Shown here one piece after another: positions 18,701 through 26,120 of a stretch of DNA of 32,000 bases. Under the pieces are notes generated by a model. The model saw only the letters and a list, made by a program, of their open reading frames with translations, ran no database searches and was not told the DNA's origin. Source of the DNA: Microcystis aeruginosa NIES-843 (GTDB lineage Bacteria; Cyanobacteriota; Cyanobacteriia; Cyanobacteriales; Microcystaceae); NCBI RefSeq assembly GCF_000010625.1, contig NC_010296.1, positions 4,920,001 through 4,952,000 of the forward strand, in the 5' to 3' direction. The position numbers were made by a program, and so were the translations under genes. The stretch's first letter is position 1; every line of letters begins with the position of its first letter.

Positions 18701-18755
18701 TCGGTTAGGTAGCTTGAAATCGGCAAGATGGAAATTTTCGAGACTTGTTGCCTAT

Positions 18756-18855
18756 TAAGTAGTCGTGGAAAATTAATTTCTTGGTTAGGATAGGCACTCA
18801 TGCACTCATGCAAGAGGTAGTGAGATATGTGTAATTAATTTTGCCTAGGTACTTA
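18756..18855. mobile_element. MITE family E, copy E1 (compact, TA-flanked)
   Basis: TIRs AGTAGTCGTGGAAAATTAATT / AATTAATTTTGCCTAGGTACT, with TA at 18756-18757 and 18854-18855. The same termini occur at 21675-22174. Confidence 0.7.
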
Positions 18856-18991
18856 TTCTAGGTCAAGATTATCGACCGTGGCAAATTGATAATTTTTGTT
18901 GATAGTCAAGCAAGAAAACGGTTAAAAACTGAAAGGTTACTGTTATAATCCAGAGGGAATAGGATCGCAGAAAGAAAAGGAGCCGAAAAAC

Positions 18992-20641
18992 TTGTTGCAA
19001 TTAGCTAAAATTGGTCGCTTGATCGCTCTTGGTTGCTTGGGAACGATACTGACTAGCTTTCCTGTCCTCTCGGCCGAGAGAATCACTTTTATCTTACCGC
19101 CCTTTAGTCGTACCCTAGAAATTAGTTCCCTAGAAAAGTTTGTCGAGACTGGCAGAATTGACGCTAATCTAAGACAATATTTAGGTAATACCACACCCGA
19201 ACAACAAAGAGAATTTCGCCAAGCTTTAACCACAAGTAAAGAAATTAATCCCGTCCTGATCTCGCGCTTTTTTAACACCAGAATGGGGGAAGATATTCTC
19301 AATCTTTTAGGGGAACTGATCACCATTCAAGGGGGTATTAATGGTAAATTTGCCCTGCGTTCTGCCCTAGTTAAATCAGCTTTTGAACCGGAAGGGGTAA
19401 CTATTCTTAGCCTGCTGCGTAATCTGCCCACTAATATGCAGATTGATGTGACAAAAGTGCAAAGATTAGCCCGGGCGATCAATATCGTCCTGAAAGCGAC
19501 CACAGTATTCACGGAAAAGGTGGCGCAATTATCCTTAGAAGAAGCTAAAAAGGCCAGTGAAATTAATTTTACCGCCATGACCGACCCCCGACAACCGGGA
19601 CCGCAACAAGTAGAACAAATGCGGCTGGATTTAACCGATAGCCGTCGTCAGAGGGAACTTTATCTGATCATTGTCAAACCCAAGGGGCAATTAACCCAGA
19701 AAACCCCCGTTATTGTCTTTTCCCACGGTTTAGCTTCTCGTCCTGAAGATTTTGTCCGACAAGCGGAACACTTGGCTAGTTACGGTTATCTCGTCGCCAT
19801 GCCCCAACACCCCGGCAGTGATACCCTACAGGTGCAGAATCTGCTCGCCGGTTTATCGCGGATGGTTTTTGATAGCAACGAATTTGTCAATCGTCCATTG
19901 GACATATCTTTTGTGATCGATGAATTGCAAAGACGCAACGCAAGGGAATTTCAGGGGCAATTAGATGTAGATAATGTGGGAGTTGGTGGACATTCCTTCG
20001 GCGGTTATACAGCCTTAGCCGTGGGTGGAGCGACGATCGATTTCGAGAATTTACAACGGGACTGCCAAAGAAGATTAGCTTTTCTCAATGTCTCCCTCTT
20101 GCTCCAGTGTCGTGCTTTGGATTTACCCCGAGAAGAATACAACTTTCGCGATCCGAGAATCAAAGCGATTTTTGCGGTTAATCCGTTTAATTGGAGTATT
20201 TTCGGGGCTAAAGGACTAGCTAAGATCGAAATTCCCACTTTTGTAGCGGCAGGAACCTACGATCCCGCTACCCCCGCTATTTTTGAACAGGTGCGCTCTT
20301 TTCCCCTGCTCAACACCGAAAATAAATATTTAGCTCTGATTGAAGGTCAAGCTCACGTCGATTTTTCGGTACTAGATGCGGGAATTAACGAAGCGATCGA
20401 ATCCGTAGCCGATCTTACCCTGCCCGCACCCTATGTGATCGATAGTTACGCCCATTCCCTATCTTTGGCCTTTTTTGAGGTGTATATTCGCAAAAACCCC
20501 GGCTATAAACCTTTTTTACAGGCGGCCTATTCCCAATATCTCAGTCAAGGCCAAGAGTTTCGATGTTTTCTGATTACCCGCGCCTCCTCGGCCGCTTTAG
20601 AACAACTCATCGAAGATTTTACCGCTCAAAATGTCCGTTAA
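18992..20641 (+). CDS. Secreted alpha/beta hydrolase (PAF-acetylhydrolase/dienelactone-hydrolase-like) with an N-terminal accessory domain
   Basis: TTG start at 18992 with AAGGAG 9 nt upstream. Signal-like N-terminus. GHSFGG nucleophile elbow, with later D and H candidates (GTYDPAT, GQAHVDF). The N-terminal ~120 aa resemble what I recall as the cyanobacterial DUF1400 domain. Confidence 0.7.
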   Translation: MLQLAKIGRLIALGCLGTILTSFPVLSAERITFILPPFSRTLEISSLEKFVETGRIDANLRQYLGNTTPEQQREFRQALTTSKEINPVLISRFFNTRMGEDILNLLGELITIQGGINGKFALRSALVKSAFEPEGVTILSLLRNLPTNMQIDVTKVQRLARAINIVLKATTVFTEKVAQLSLEEAKKASEINFTAMTDPRQPGPQQVEQMRLDLTDSRRQRELYLIIVKPKGQLTQKTPVIVFSHGLASRPEDFVRQAEHLASYGYLVAMPQHPGSDTLQVQNLLAGLSRMVFDSNEFVNRPLDISFVIDELQRRNAREFQGQLDVDNVGVGGHSFGGYTALAVGGATIDFENLQRDCQRRLAFLNVSLLLQCRALDLPREEYNFRDPRIKAIFAVNPFNWSIFGAKGLAKIEIPTFVAAGTYDPATPAIFEQVRSFPLLNTENKYLALIEGQAHVDFSVLDAGINEAIESVADLTLPAPYVIDSYAHSLSLAFFEVYIRKNPGYKPFLQAAYSQYLSQGQEFRCFLITRASSAALEQLIEDFTAQNVR

Positions 20642-20662
20642 TCAGTTATCAGTTATCAGTTC
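20642..20662 (-). repeat. CTGATAA heptamer array (reverse orientation)
   Basis: The plus strand reads TCAGTTA TCAGTTA TCAGTTC immediately after the hydrolase TAA stop. Confidence 0.85.
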
Positions 20663-20663
20663 A

Positions 20664-20691
20664 CTGTTTACTGTTTACTGATCACTGAAAA
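20664..20691 (+). repeat. CTGTTTA/CTGATCA heptamer array (forward orientation)
   Basis: CTGTTTA CTGTTTA CTGATCA CTGAAAA. The orientation flips relative to the adjoining array. Confidence 0.75.
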
Positions 20692-20694
20692 GCT

Positions 20695-20737
20695 CCCCAC
20701 TTTCCCACTTTCCCACTTCCAATTCATAATTCATAAT
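20695..20737. repeat. CCCACTT and AATTCAT heptamer arrays
   Basis: CCCCACTTTCCCACTTTCCCACTTCC followed by AATTCATAATTCATAATT, ending at the stop codon complement (TTA, 20738-20740). Confidence 0.85.
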
Positions 20738-21028
20738 TTATGTTTGTTGAGGGCGTTTAAGCAGTAATTGGATAGCCAAAAGAATTAAACCAATGGTGAC
20801 AAAAGCAAAAATAAAGGTTCCTAGAGAAGCTAAACCAAAAACTAAAGTGCGGACAGCACTGCCAATTCTCAAGGCGATCGGACTGTGAGCAACCATTGGT
20901 TTTGAGTAAAAAGAATGACCGATCGCTGCTGTGAGATAATAGAGAATTGTCCCCAATGCTGCCGAAATTGCCGCACCAACCAAACAGCGAGTAGGAGTAA
21001 CTTTTTTGGTTTCTAATTCTGTGGTCAT
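20738..21028 (-). CDS. Small two-TM membrane protein (possibly DUF3082-like)
   Basis: 96 aa with two long hydrophobic helices (CLVGAAISAALGTILYYLTAAI and LVFGLASLGTFIFAFVTIGLILLAIQLLL). Clean ATG start. Confidence 0.6.
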   Translation of the reverse strand: MTTELETKKVTPTRCLVGAAISAALGTILYYLTAAIGHSFYSKPMVAHSPIALRIGSAVRTLVFGLASLGTFIFAFVTIGLILLAIQLLLKRPQQT

Positions 21029-21093
21029 TCCTTTTTAGTCCTCAAATATTGCCCAGGTTAAATTTTAATTCTTTTCCCCAGCATTTTACCCGA

Positions 21094-21600
21094 CTAGGAC
21101 CAAGGATCGAGGACGGAAGGAAAAGAAGTATCGACTTGCGAGGAGGCGATCAGGTCTTGATTCTGGTCTAGTTCCCGTTTTAACTGTTCCCAATCGCCGG
21201 GGTCGGTTAACTCCTCATAAACAGGGGCAGCGAAAACGATCGTTTCCTTGTCCGATGACCAGTTTCGGGAAGGAAGGACTGGATTAGTCAAATCAGGCAA
21301 CTCCTGGTCGAGAATAGTCGGATTTGCGCTCTCAGGGGAAGCTGTGGGCGAATTTAGGCTAATTTCCCGCTTTAGTGACTGTAATTCACGGTTGAGAGCC
21401 TGTAATAACTGCTCGATCGCCTCGATTCTCCCGAAAACATCCGAGGGAATCTCAGGATTATTGGCAGCAGAGAGGGAGGGTAAAGTTAATTCATCAGCCA
21501 TGACGCGCTCGATTTCCTCTAGGGTAGTATAACCCGATTGCACTAACTTTTGGGCAAAGGAAGGCAGCTTGGTCTGAAGTTTCTTGTTTGCTAATGACAT
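21094..21600 (-). CDS. Hypothetical acidic protein
   Basis: Track ORF 21094..21627 starts at TTG; I prefer ATG 21600 (MSLANKK...). Low-complexity, Pro/Glu/Ser-rich, with one coiled-coil-like stretch and no recognisable motif. Confidence 0.5.
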   Translation of the reverse strand: MSLANKKLQTKLPSFAQKLVQSGYTTLEEIERVMADELTLPSLSAANNPEIPSDVFGRIEAIEQLLQALNRELQSLKREISLNSPTASPESANPTILDQELPDLTNPVLPSRNWSSDKETIVFAAPVYEELTDPGDWEQLKRELDQNQDLIASSQVDTSFPSVLDPWS

Positions 21601-21705
21601 GGAATAGAGCCAGTAAAGACTGTACAACCCACTACATCCCTTAGTATTCCCATTTTTTCACCGCAGCTAACAGGTAAGTAGTCGTGCAAAATTAATTTCC
21701 TAGTC

Positions 21706-21777
21706 GAGACTCCGAGACAGGAGACTCCGAGACAGGAGACTCCGAGACAGGAGACAGGAGACTCCGAGACAGGAGAC
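21706..21777. repeat. 15-bp tandem repeat GAGACTCCGAGACAG (about 4.5 units)
   Basis: Direct reading gives three full units, one short GAGACAG unit, one more full unit and a partial unit. The array lies inside MITE E2. Confidence 0.9.
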
Positions 21778-21861
21778 GGGATACAGCTATTAGGGATCGG
21801 ATTTGAGTTTTCAGTTCACTGTTTCCTCACATCAGAAGTCTGACGGAGTAGTGGCTTAGAT

Positions 21862-22141
21862 CCCACATTCCGCACCCTCAACTGTCACATTGAAAATTTT
21901 ATCTAAATCGTCAAAACGATTGCCGGCTCTGAATTACAGGCTAATTTGTTTGCCCAGCAGACGCACAATTAGCCCTAAAAATCTGATAGCTCTGATACCA
22001 AATTATTGAGATCAACTCTCATTAAGCTGGCGATCGCTGACTAGAGTGTGACACTTCATAATTCTTAGTAATCGCTAAAAGTCTTACTATACAAGGGCTA
22101 GAGCAACTTTTGATTTCAACGACTAGGGTGCGGAATGTGGG
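21862..22141. mobile_element. MITE family F (280 bp) nested in E2
   Basis: Perfect 17-bp TIR CCCACATTCCGCACCCT / AGGGTGCGGAATGTGGG. 6-bp direct repeat TTAGAT at 21856-21861 and 22142-22147. The E1 copy lacks this segment at the equivalent site. Confidence 0.8.
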
Positions 22142-22479
22142 TTAGATGTGTAATTAATTGTGCTTAGATACTTAGTAGGGACTATAGCTACAATGATTGA
22201 TTTTGCTCAAGGTGAAGAATTGTAATTTTTTTTCTCAGAAAAAATCAATTATTGAAAATGTTCTCAATAGTAGTTTCTACAATGAAGCTTTTTCGTCAAA
22301 ACATCTTGGGGAATGTAAAAATATATAAAAGTATATGAAGATGTGGGGAATGTCGGATTTATCGTCGGCTACTTATGGCGTTTCTTATCAAGACGAAGTG
22401 TAAACTGATTTGGTATCGACTGCTGACGACCGACTCCCCAAAAGGAAAACTTCCTACCTCATCATTTAGGATAACTGCT

Positions 22480-22596
22480 ATAAAAAGAGCAGAAGAGGTC
22501 ATGGTTTCTGGGTTGTGCTTGTTAAAGGGATCTTTCTTATACTACACTTGTAACATCAATCTGTTTAGTATTTGGGAGAAAAAAATTACGCGGACA
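22480..22596 (+). promoter_or_regulatory. Decayed copy of the promoter/RBS/start cassette of the 24188 gene
   Basis: About 90 percent identical over ~118 bp to 24077-24196. Includes TATACT (22538-22543) and GGGAG. The start-codon position reads ACG (22588-22590) instead of ATG, and similarity ends 6 nt later. It lies 152 bp upstream of the methyltransferase ATG. Confidence 0.55.
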
Positions 22597-22748
22597 GGGG
22601 AGATGGGGAGATAGGGGAGTGGGGAGACCACTTCGTGCGCGTTGCGGGGGGAAGTGGCGAGAAAGATTCGAGCATTTATACTAAAATCTAAGATAGCCGG
22701 TTTAATATCGTCTCAGGGATCAAAACTAAAGCTTAGAATAGATAAAAT

Positions 22749-23792
22749 ATGTGGACTTTTATTGATTTATTTGCCGGTGTAGGAGGATTTAGAATCGCCC
22801 TAGAGAATCTCGGTTGTCAATGCGTTTTTTCCTCGGAAATCGATCCTCACTCCCAAAAGGTTTACTTGGCTAACTATGGTCATTTACCCGATAATCAAGA
22901 CATCAGAAAATTAGAGGCAAAAACTGTCCCCGATCATGATATACTGTGCGGCGGTTTTCCCTGTCAAGCGTTTAGTATCGCCGGCAGAAAACACGGTTTT
23001 GAAGATGCACGCGGAACCTTATTTTTTGAAGTTGCCCGGATACTACACGAAAAGAAACCGAAAGCTTTTATCTTAGAAAATGTCCAGGGTTTAGTCCACC
23101 ATGATCGAGGTAAAACTTTAAAAACTATTTTAGATATACTAGAAAAGGATTTGCATTATTTTGTCCCTAGTCCCCAGATTTTAAATGCCAGATATTTTGG
23201 GGTTCCTCAAAACCGTCCCCGAATTTTTATCGTCGGTTTTCGAGAGGATTTGAATATTTACCATTTTTCCTATCCTCAACCAACCCATCAAGAAACTTGT
23301 CTCAAAGATATCCTAGAAGAAAAGGAAGTCAGCGTTAAATATTATCTCTCTAATCAGTATTTAGAAACTTTGTTTAAACACAAAGCTAGACACCAACATA
23401 AAGGTAATGGTTTCGGTTATGAGATTATTTCTACCGATGGTATCGCTAATGCTATTGTGGTGGGAGGTATGGGAAAAGAAAGAAATTTAGTTATCGATCA
23501 AAGACTGACTAATTTTACTCCCGTTACTCGCATTAAGGGAGAAGTAAATAAATTATTTGTCCGCAGAATGACTCCCAGAGAGTGGGCAAGATTACAGGGA
23601 TTTCCCGATAGTTTTCAGATTGTTGTCAGCGATGTCCAAGCTTATAAACAGTTCGGTAATTCTGTGGCTATTCCCGTGGTAAAAGCAGTGGCAAAAGAGG
23701 TGATTAAAGCTTTAGATTTATCCAGAGATTCTCAAGAAAATATCAGGGTTAAAGACCTACAGGGGAGACAATTAGATCTATTGTCAATCTGA
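22749..23792 (+). CDS. DNA (cytosine-5)-methyltransferase, solitary
   Basis: All conserved C5-MTase motifs are present: I FIDLFAGVGGF, IV GGFPCQAFS, VI LENVQGL, VIII QNRPRIFIVGF, IX RRMTPREWARLQGFPDSF, X QFGNSVAIPV. The variable region contains KGNGFGY. Conserved blocks resemble M.HhaI as I recall it; specificity cannot be read from the sequence. Confidence 0.95.
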   Translation: MWTFIDLFAGVGGFRIALENLGCQCVFSSEIDPHSQKVYLANYGHLPDNQDIRKLEAKTVPDHDILCGGFPCQAFSIAGRKHGFEDARGTLFFEVARILHEKKPKAFILENVQGLVHHDRGKTLKTILDILEKDLHYFVPSPQILNARYFGVPQNRPRIFIVGFREDLNIYHFSYPQPTHQETCLKDILEEKEVSVKYYLSNQYLETLFKHKARHQHKGNGFGYEIISTDGIANAIVVGGMGKERNLVIDQRLTNFTPVTRIKGEVNKLFVRRMTPREWARLQGFPDSFQIVVSDVQAYKQFGNSVAIPVVKAVAKEVIKALDLSRDSQENIRVKDLQGRQLDLLSI

Positions 23793-23940
23793 GGAACAAT
23801 AACAATTTTTTCTAGGGGTTTGGGTATATTAAGAATAGTTATTATTTGATCAATATGATCGCTGTTTATGCTCGACTCTCACTGGATTAACAGTGGACTT
23901 GTTACATAAGTGGGTGGGTGGAATTAAATATAAGATGAAC

Positions 23941-24005
23941 GTAGGTTGGGTTGAAGCATGAAACCCAACGCCCGCATGGGTTACGCTACCGCTAACCCAT
24001 CCTAC
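23941..24005. repeat. Small double-hairpin palindromic element
   Basis: GTAGG...CCTAC brackets two hairpins: TTGGGTT-gaagcatga-AACCCAA and TGGGTTA-cgctaccgc-TAACCCA. Confidence 0.7.
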
Positions 24006-24076
24006 AAATAATTGTGCCTCCCTACTTAATTAATTTTCGAGAGTTCAAAAATGAGAAAAATAGGCATGAGACAAAA

Positions 24077-24196
24077 ATAAAAAGAGCAAAAGAGGTGATG
24101 GTTTCGCCGGTTGTGCTTGTTAAAGGTATCTTTCTTATACTACACTTGTAACACCAATAGGTTTTAGTATTTGGGAGAAAAAAAATTATGCGGACA
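24077..24196 (+). promoter_or_regulatory. Promoter/RBS/start cassette of the RHH-like gene (intact copy)
   Basis: Candidate -10 TATACT (24136-24141) and GGGAG 12 nt upstream of ATG 24188. Duplicated at 22480-22596. Confidence 0.5.
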
Positions 24197-24523
24197 ATCA
24201 CACGCACCACCACTACCGAGATGGAAGTCACCAGCATTCGTCTGGAAAGAGTCCTCAAAGACAAGCTGAAAGAGATTTCCGGCAATCAAGGTTATCAAGC
24301 ACTCATTCGCGATGTCTTATGGAATTTCGTTCAGCAAAAATCAGGAGATTATCGACCTCAGTTTTGTGCCACCGATATAAGGGCAGTATTTAACGCTACA
24401 GCTAGAAAAAATGAGATTTGCGCTCTTACAGGCAAATTAATCCCCGCTAATGAAACAATGTTGTTAGGTTTGACGATCTATGGCGATCTAGTTCCGTTGA
24501 GTATGGATAGTTATCCCAATTAA
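24188..24523 (+). CDS. Small putative ribbon-helix-helix (CopG-like) DNA-binding protein with an uncharacterised C-terminal half
   Basis: The N-terminal pattern VTSIRLERVLKDKLKEISGNQGYQALIRDVLWNFV fits a beta-strand/helix/helix RHH layout. The C-terminal ~55 aa have no motif I recognise. Confidence 0.55.
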   Translation: MRTITRTTTTEMEVTSIRLERVLKDKLKEISGNQGYQALIRDVLWNFVQQKSGDYRPQFCATDIRAVFNATARKNEICALTGKLIPANETMLLGLTIYGDLVPLSMDSYPN

Positions 24524-24580
24524 ATTAAAATAAGTTTGACTAGGGTGGGGCAGAATCCAGTATAGTTAGTCCTCACCCAA

Positions 24581-24637
24581 GGGAGATGGGAAGTGGGAAT
24601 TATAAATTATAAATTATGAATTATCAATTGAGAGGTG
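24581..24637. repeat. GGGAAGT and GAATTAT heptamer arrays
   Basis: GGGAGATGGGAAGTGGGAATTATAAATTATAAATTATGAATTATCAATT. Confidence 0.8.
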
Positions 24638-24669
24638 GGGAGTTTTTTGCTGTAAACAGTCAACTGATA

Positions 24670-25619
24670 TAGTTATTTCAAATAAGAACGAGACACTAGG
24701 CGACACAATAAGTACGAATAATTTCATCAAGGGGTGTCCCCACAGGAGCATACATTCTTGCCCTCTTTAATGCACTAAAATCATGTTCGATATCATTTAA
24801 ATCAGGAGAGTATTTTGGCAAAAACACGACCTGATGACCTGCTTCCTCTACCAGTTGTTTAATGACTGTCTTCCGATGAATTGGTGCATTATCCATAATT
24901 AATACTGATGTTATGGTTAGAGAGGGCAACAAATATAAAGATAACCACCCTTCAAAACCTTCGGCATTCAGGCTTCTCGTAAATACCATCGGTGCAATAA
25001 AGTCTTTTTTTCCCTTTCTTCTACCAGCGACAAGGTTCTCTCTTTTTCCTCGTTTTCCTTGTCTATCTCCAAAGACTTTCTTCCCTTTTTTTGACCAAGC
25101 ATAAAAACAGGCTTGAAATTCTTCAAACCCTGACTCATCAATAAATACAAGGCTTTCACTTCCATATATTTTAATCAATTCTCTCAGCACTCTGTAGTAT
25201 TTCATTCTTTCTTCTCGGTTTCTTTCTCTATAACGAAGTTCCTTCTTTTTTCTGGTAACTTTCATGTTTTTTAAGGCATAGCAAATGGCACTTGGTCTCA
25301 CTCCAAATTTCTCGGCTCTGTCTCTTAATCTTGCCTCGGGATTTTCTTGGACATCTTTTGACAGTGCTTTCCAGTCCAGCTTTCTCTGACGGTGTTTTAC
25401 CTTTGTTGCTTCCAGTTTTTCCCTACCTAGCCATCTATATATCGTCGCTCTTCCTATATTAAATAGAGCGGCGGCTTTGGTTATGCTTCCCCCATTCTCT
25501 ACATAATCGATTACTTTTTTTCTCAAGTCTAGGCTATAAGACATTTTTCTGTATGGGTTGCTCGTTTCTCTTGATTTTACCTTATTTTTCCCTCGTCTCA
25601 CACTTATTTGAAATGACTA
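24670..25619 (-). mobile_element. IS630-family insertion sequence (950 bp), apparently intact
   Basis: 25-bp imperfect TIRs TAGTTATTTCAAATAAGAACGAGAC / GTCTCACACTTATTTGAAATGACTA. TA duplication at 24668-24669 and 25620-25621. A single transposase ORF fills the element. Confidence 0.9.
24696..25544 (-). CDS. IS630-family DDE transposase
   Basis: The track ORF extends to a GTG at 25601, inside the TIR; I prefer ATG 25544 (MSYSLDLRKKV). N-terminal HTH (ITKAAALFNIGRATIYRW). The catalytic triad is readable as FIDESGF, IMDNAPIH and E exactly 35 residues later (DLNDIE), giving DD35E. Confidence 0.9.
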   Translation of the reverse strand: MSYSLDLRKKVIDYVENGGSITKAAALFNIGRATIYRWLGREKLEATKVKHRQRKLDWKALSKDVQENPEARLRDRAEKFGVRPSAICYALKNMKVTRKKKELRYRERNREERMKYYRVLRELIKIYGSESLVFIDESGFEEFQACFYAWSKKGKKVFGDRQGKRGKRENLVAGRRKGKKDFIAPMVFTRSLNAEGFEGWLSLYLLPSLTITSVLIMDNAPIHRKTVIKQLVEEAGHQVVFLPKYSPDLNDIEHDFSALKRARMYAPVGTPLDEIIRTYCVA

Positions 25620-25622
25620 TAA

Positions 25623-25654
25623 CTGATAACTGATAACTGATAACTGATGACTGA
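25623..25654 (+). repeat. CTGATAA heptamer array running into the trmL start
   Basis: CTGATAA x3, then CTGATGA CTGAAGC. The ATG (25647) and the next two codons of trmL are variant heptamer units. The left remnant of the same array sits at 24664-24669, across the IS. Confidence 0.9.
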
Positions 25655-26120
25655 AGCAATTTTACGAGTGGTTTTAATCAATCCGCAAATTCCGCCAAAT
25701 ACGGGGAATATTGCCCGTACCTGCGCCGCAACGAGGACAGAATTGCATTTAGTTGGTCCCTTGGGTTTTGAAATTAGCGATCGCTATCTGAAGCGCGCCG
25801 GCTTAGATTATTGGCCTTATGTAAAACTTATGTACCACTTGACAATTAATGACTTCTGTGATTATCAACAAAAGAGCGGCGGAAGGGCGATCGGGTTTAC
25901 TGTGCGCGGCAGCAGTAGTTATGTGGAATACAGCTATCAAAGCGGAGATTGGCTACTTTTTGGCAGTGAAACCGACGGTATTCCGGCAGATTTATTAAAT
26001 AAGTGCGATGACACGGTTTATATTCCCATGGCGGAACCGGGGGTGAGAAGTTTAAATCTTTCCGTTAGTGTGGCCATCGGATTATTTGAGGCCAGACGAC
26101 AATTGGGATTTATTCGTTAG
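25647..26120 (+). CDS. trmL: tRNA (cytidine/uridine-34 2'-O)-methyltransferase (SpoU/TrmL)
   Basis: 157 aa. VVLINPQIPPNTGNIARTCAAT..., LLFGSETDGIP and SLNLSVSVAIGLFEARRQLG are colinear with E. coli TrmL (YibK) as I recall it. Confidence 0.9.
   Translation: MTEAILRVVLINPQIPPNTGNIARTCAATRTELHLVGPLGFEISDRYLKRAGLDYWPYVKLMYHLTINDFCDYQQKSGGRAIGFTVRGSSSYVEYSYQSGDWLLFGSETDGIPADLLNKCDDTVYIPMAEPGVRSLNLSVSVAIGLFEARRQLGFIR

Larger units (their letters stand above)
21675..22174. mobile_element. MITE family E, copy E2 (expanded, carries nested MITE F)
   Basis: The same termini as E1 (AGTAGTCGTGCAAAATTAATT / AATTAATTGTGCTTAGATACT) with TA at 21675-21676 and 22173-22174. The interior holds a 15-mer tandem array and a 280-bp nested element. 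Confidence 0.7.

Noticed and set aside
21706-21777. Tandem 15-mers and the many heptamer arrays as a possible CRISPR array
   Set aside because: The units are contiguous with no unique spacers and are far shorter than CRISPR repeats. No cas genes are present.
22420-22470. CTGACGACCGACTCC...AAACTTCCTACC...TTTAGG as a degraded family-A-like MITE end, possibly related to GTAGGAAACTT at window position 1
   Set aside because: The similarity is short and gapped and no boundaries can be defined. It is noted only as probable MITE debris.
22375-22614. 79-aa ORF overlapping the upstream cassette copy, and the 87-aa minus-strand ORF at 24022-24285
   Set aside because: Both run through the duplicated regulatory cassette and heptamer arrays. 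The two copies do not preserve either reading frame, so these are treated as non-coding.
23793-24187. Search for a restriction endonuclease or its pseudogene next to the C5-MTase
   Set aside because: The gap is only 395 bp and is occupied by the palindromic mini-element, a MITE-like terminus and the cassette. There is no ORF or frameshifted remnant of meaningful length on either strand.
24541-24565. GACTAGGGTGGGGCAGAATCC as a second copy of the MITE F terminus
   Set aside because: Only the first 10 nt match GACTAGGGTGCGGAATGTGGG and no partner terminus is visible. The evidence is too weak to call.
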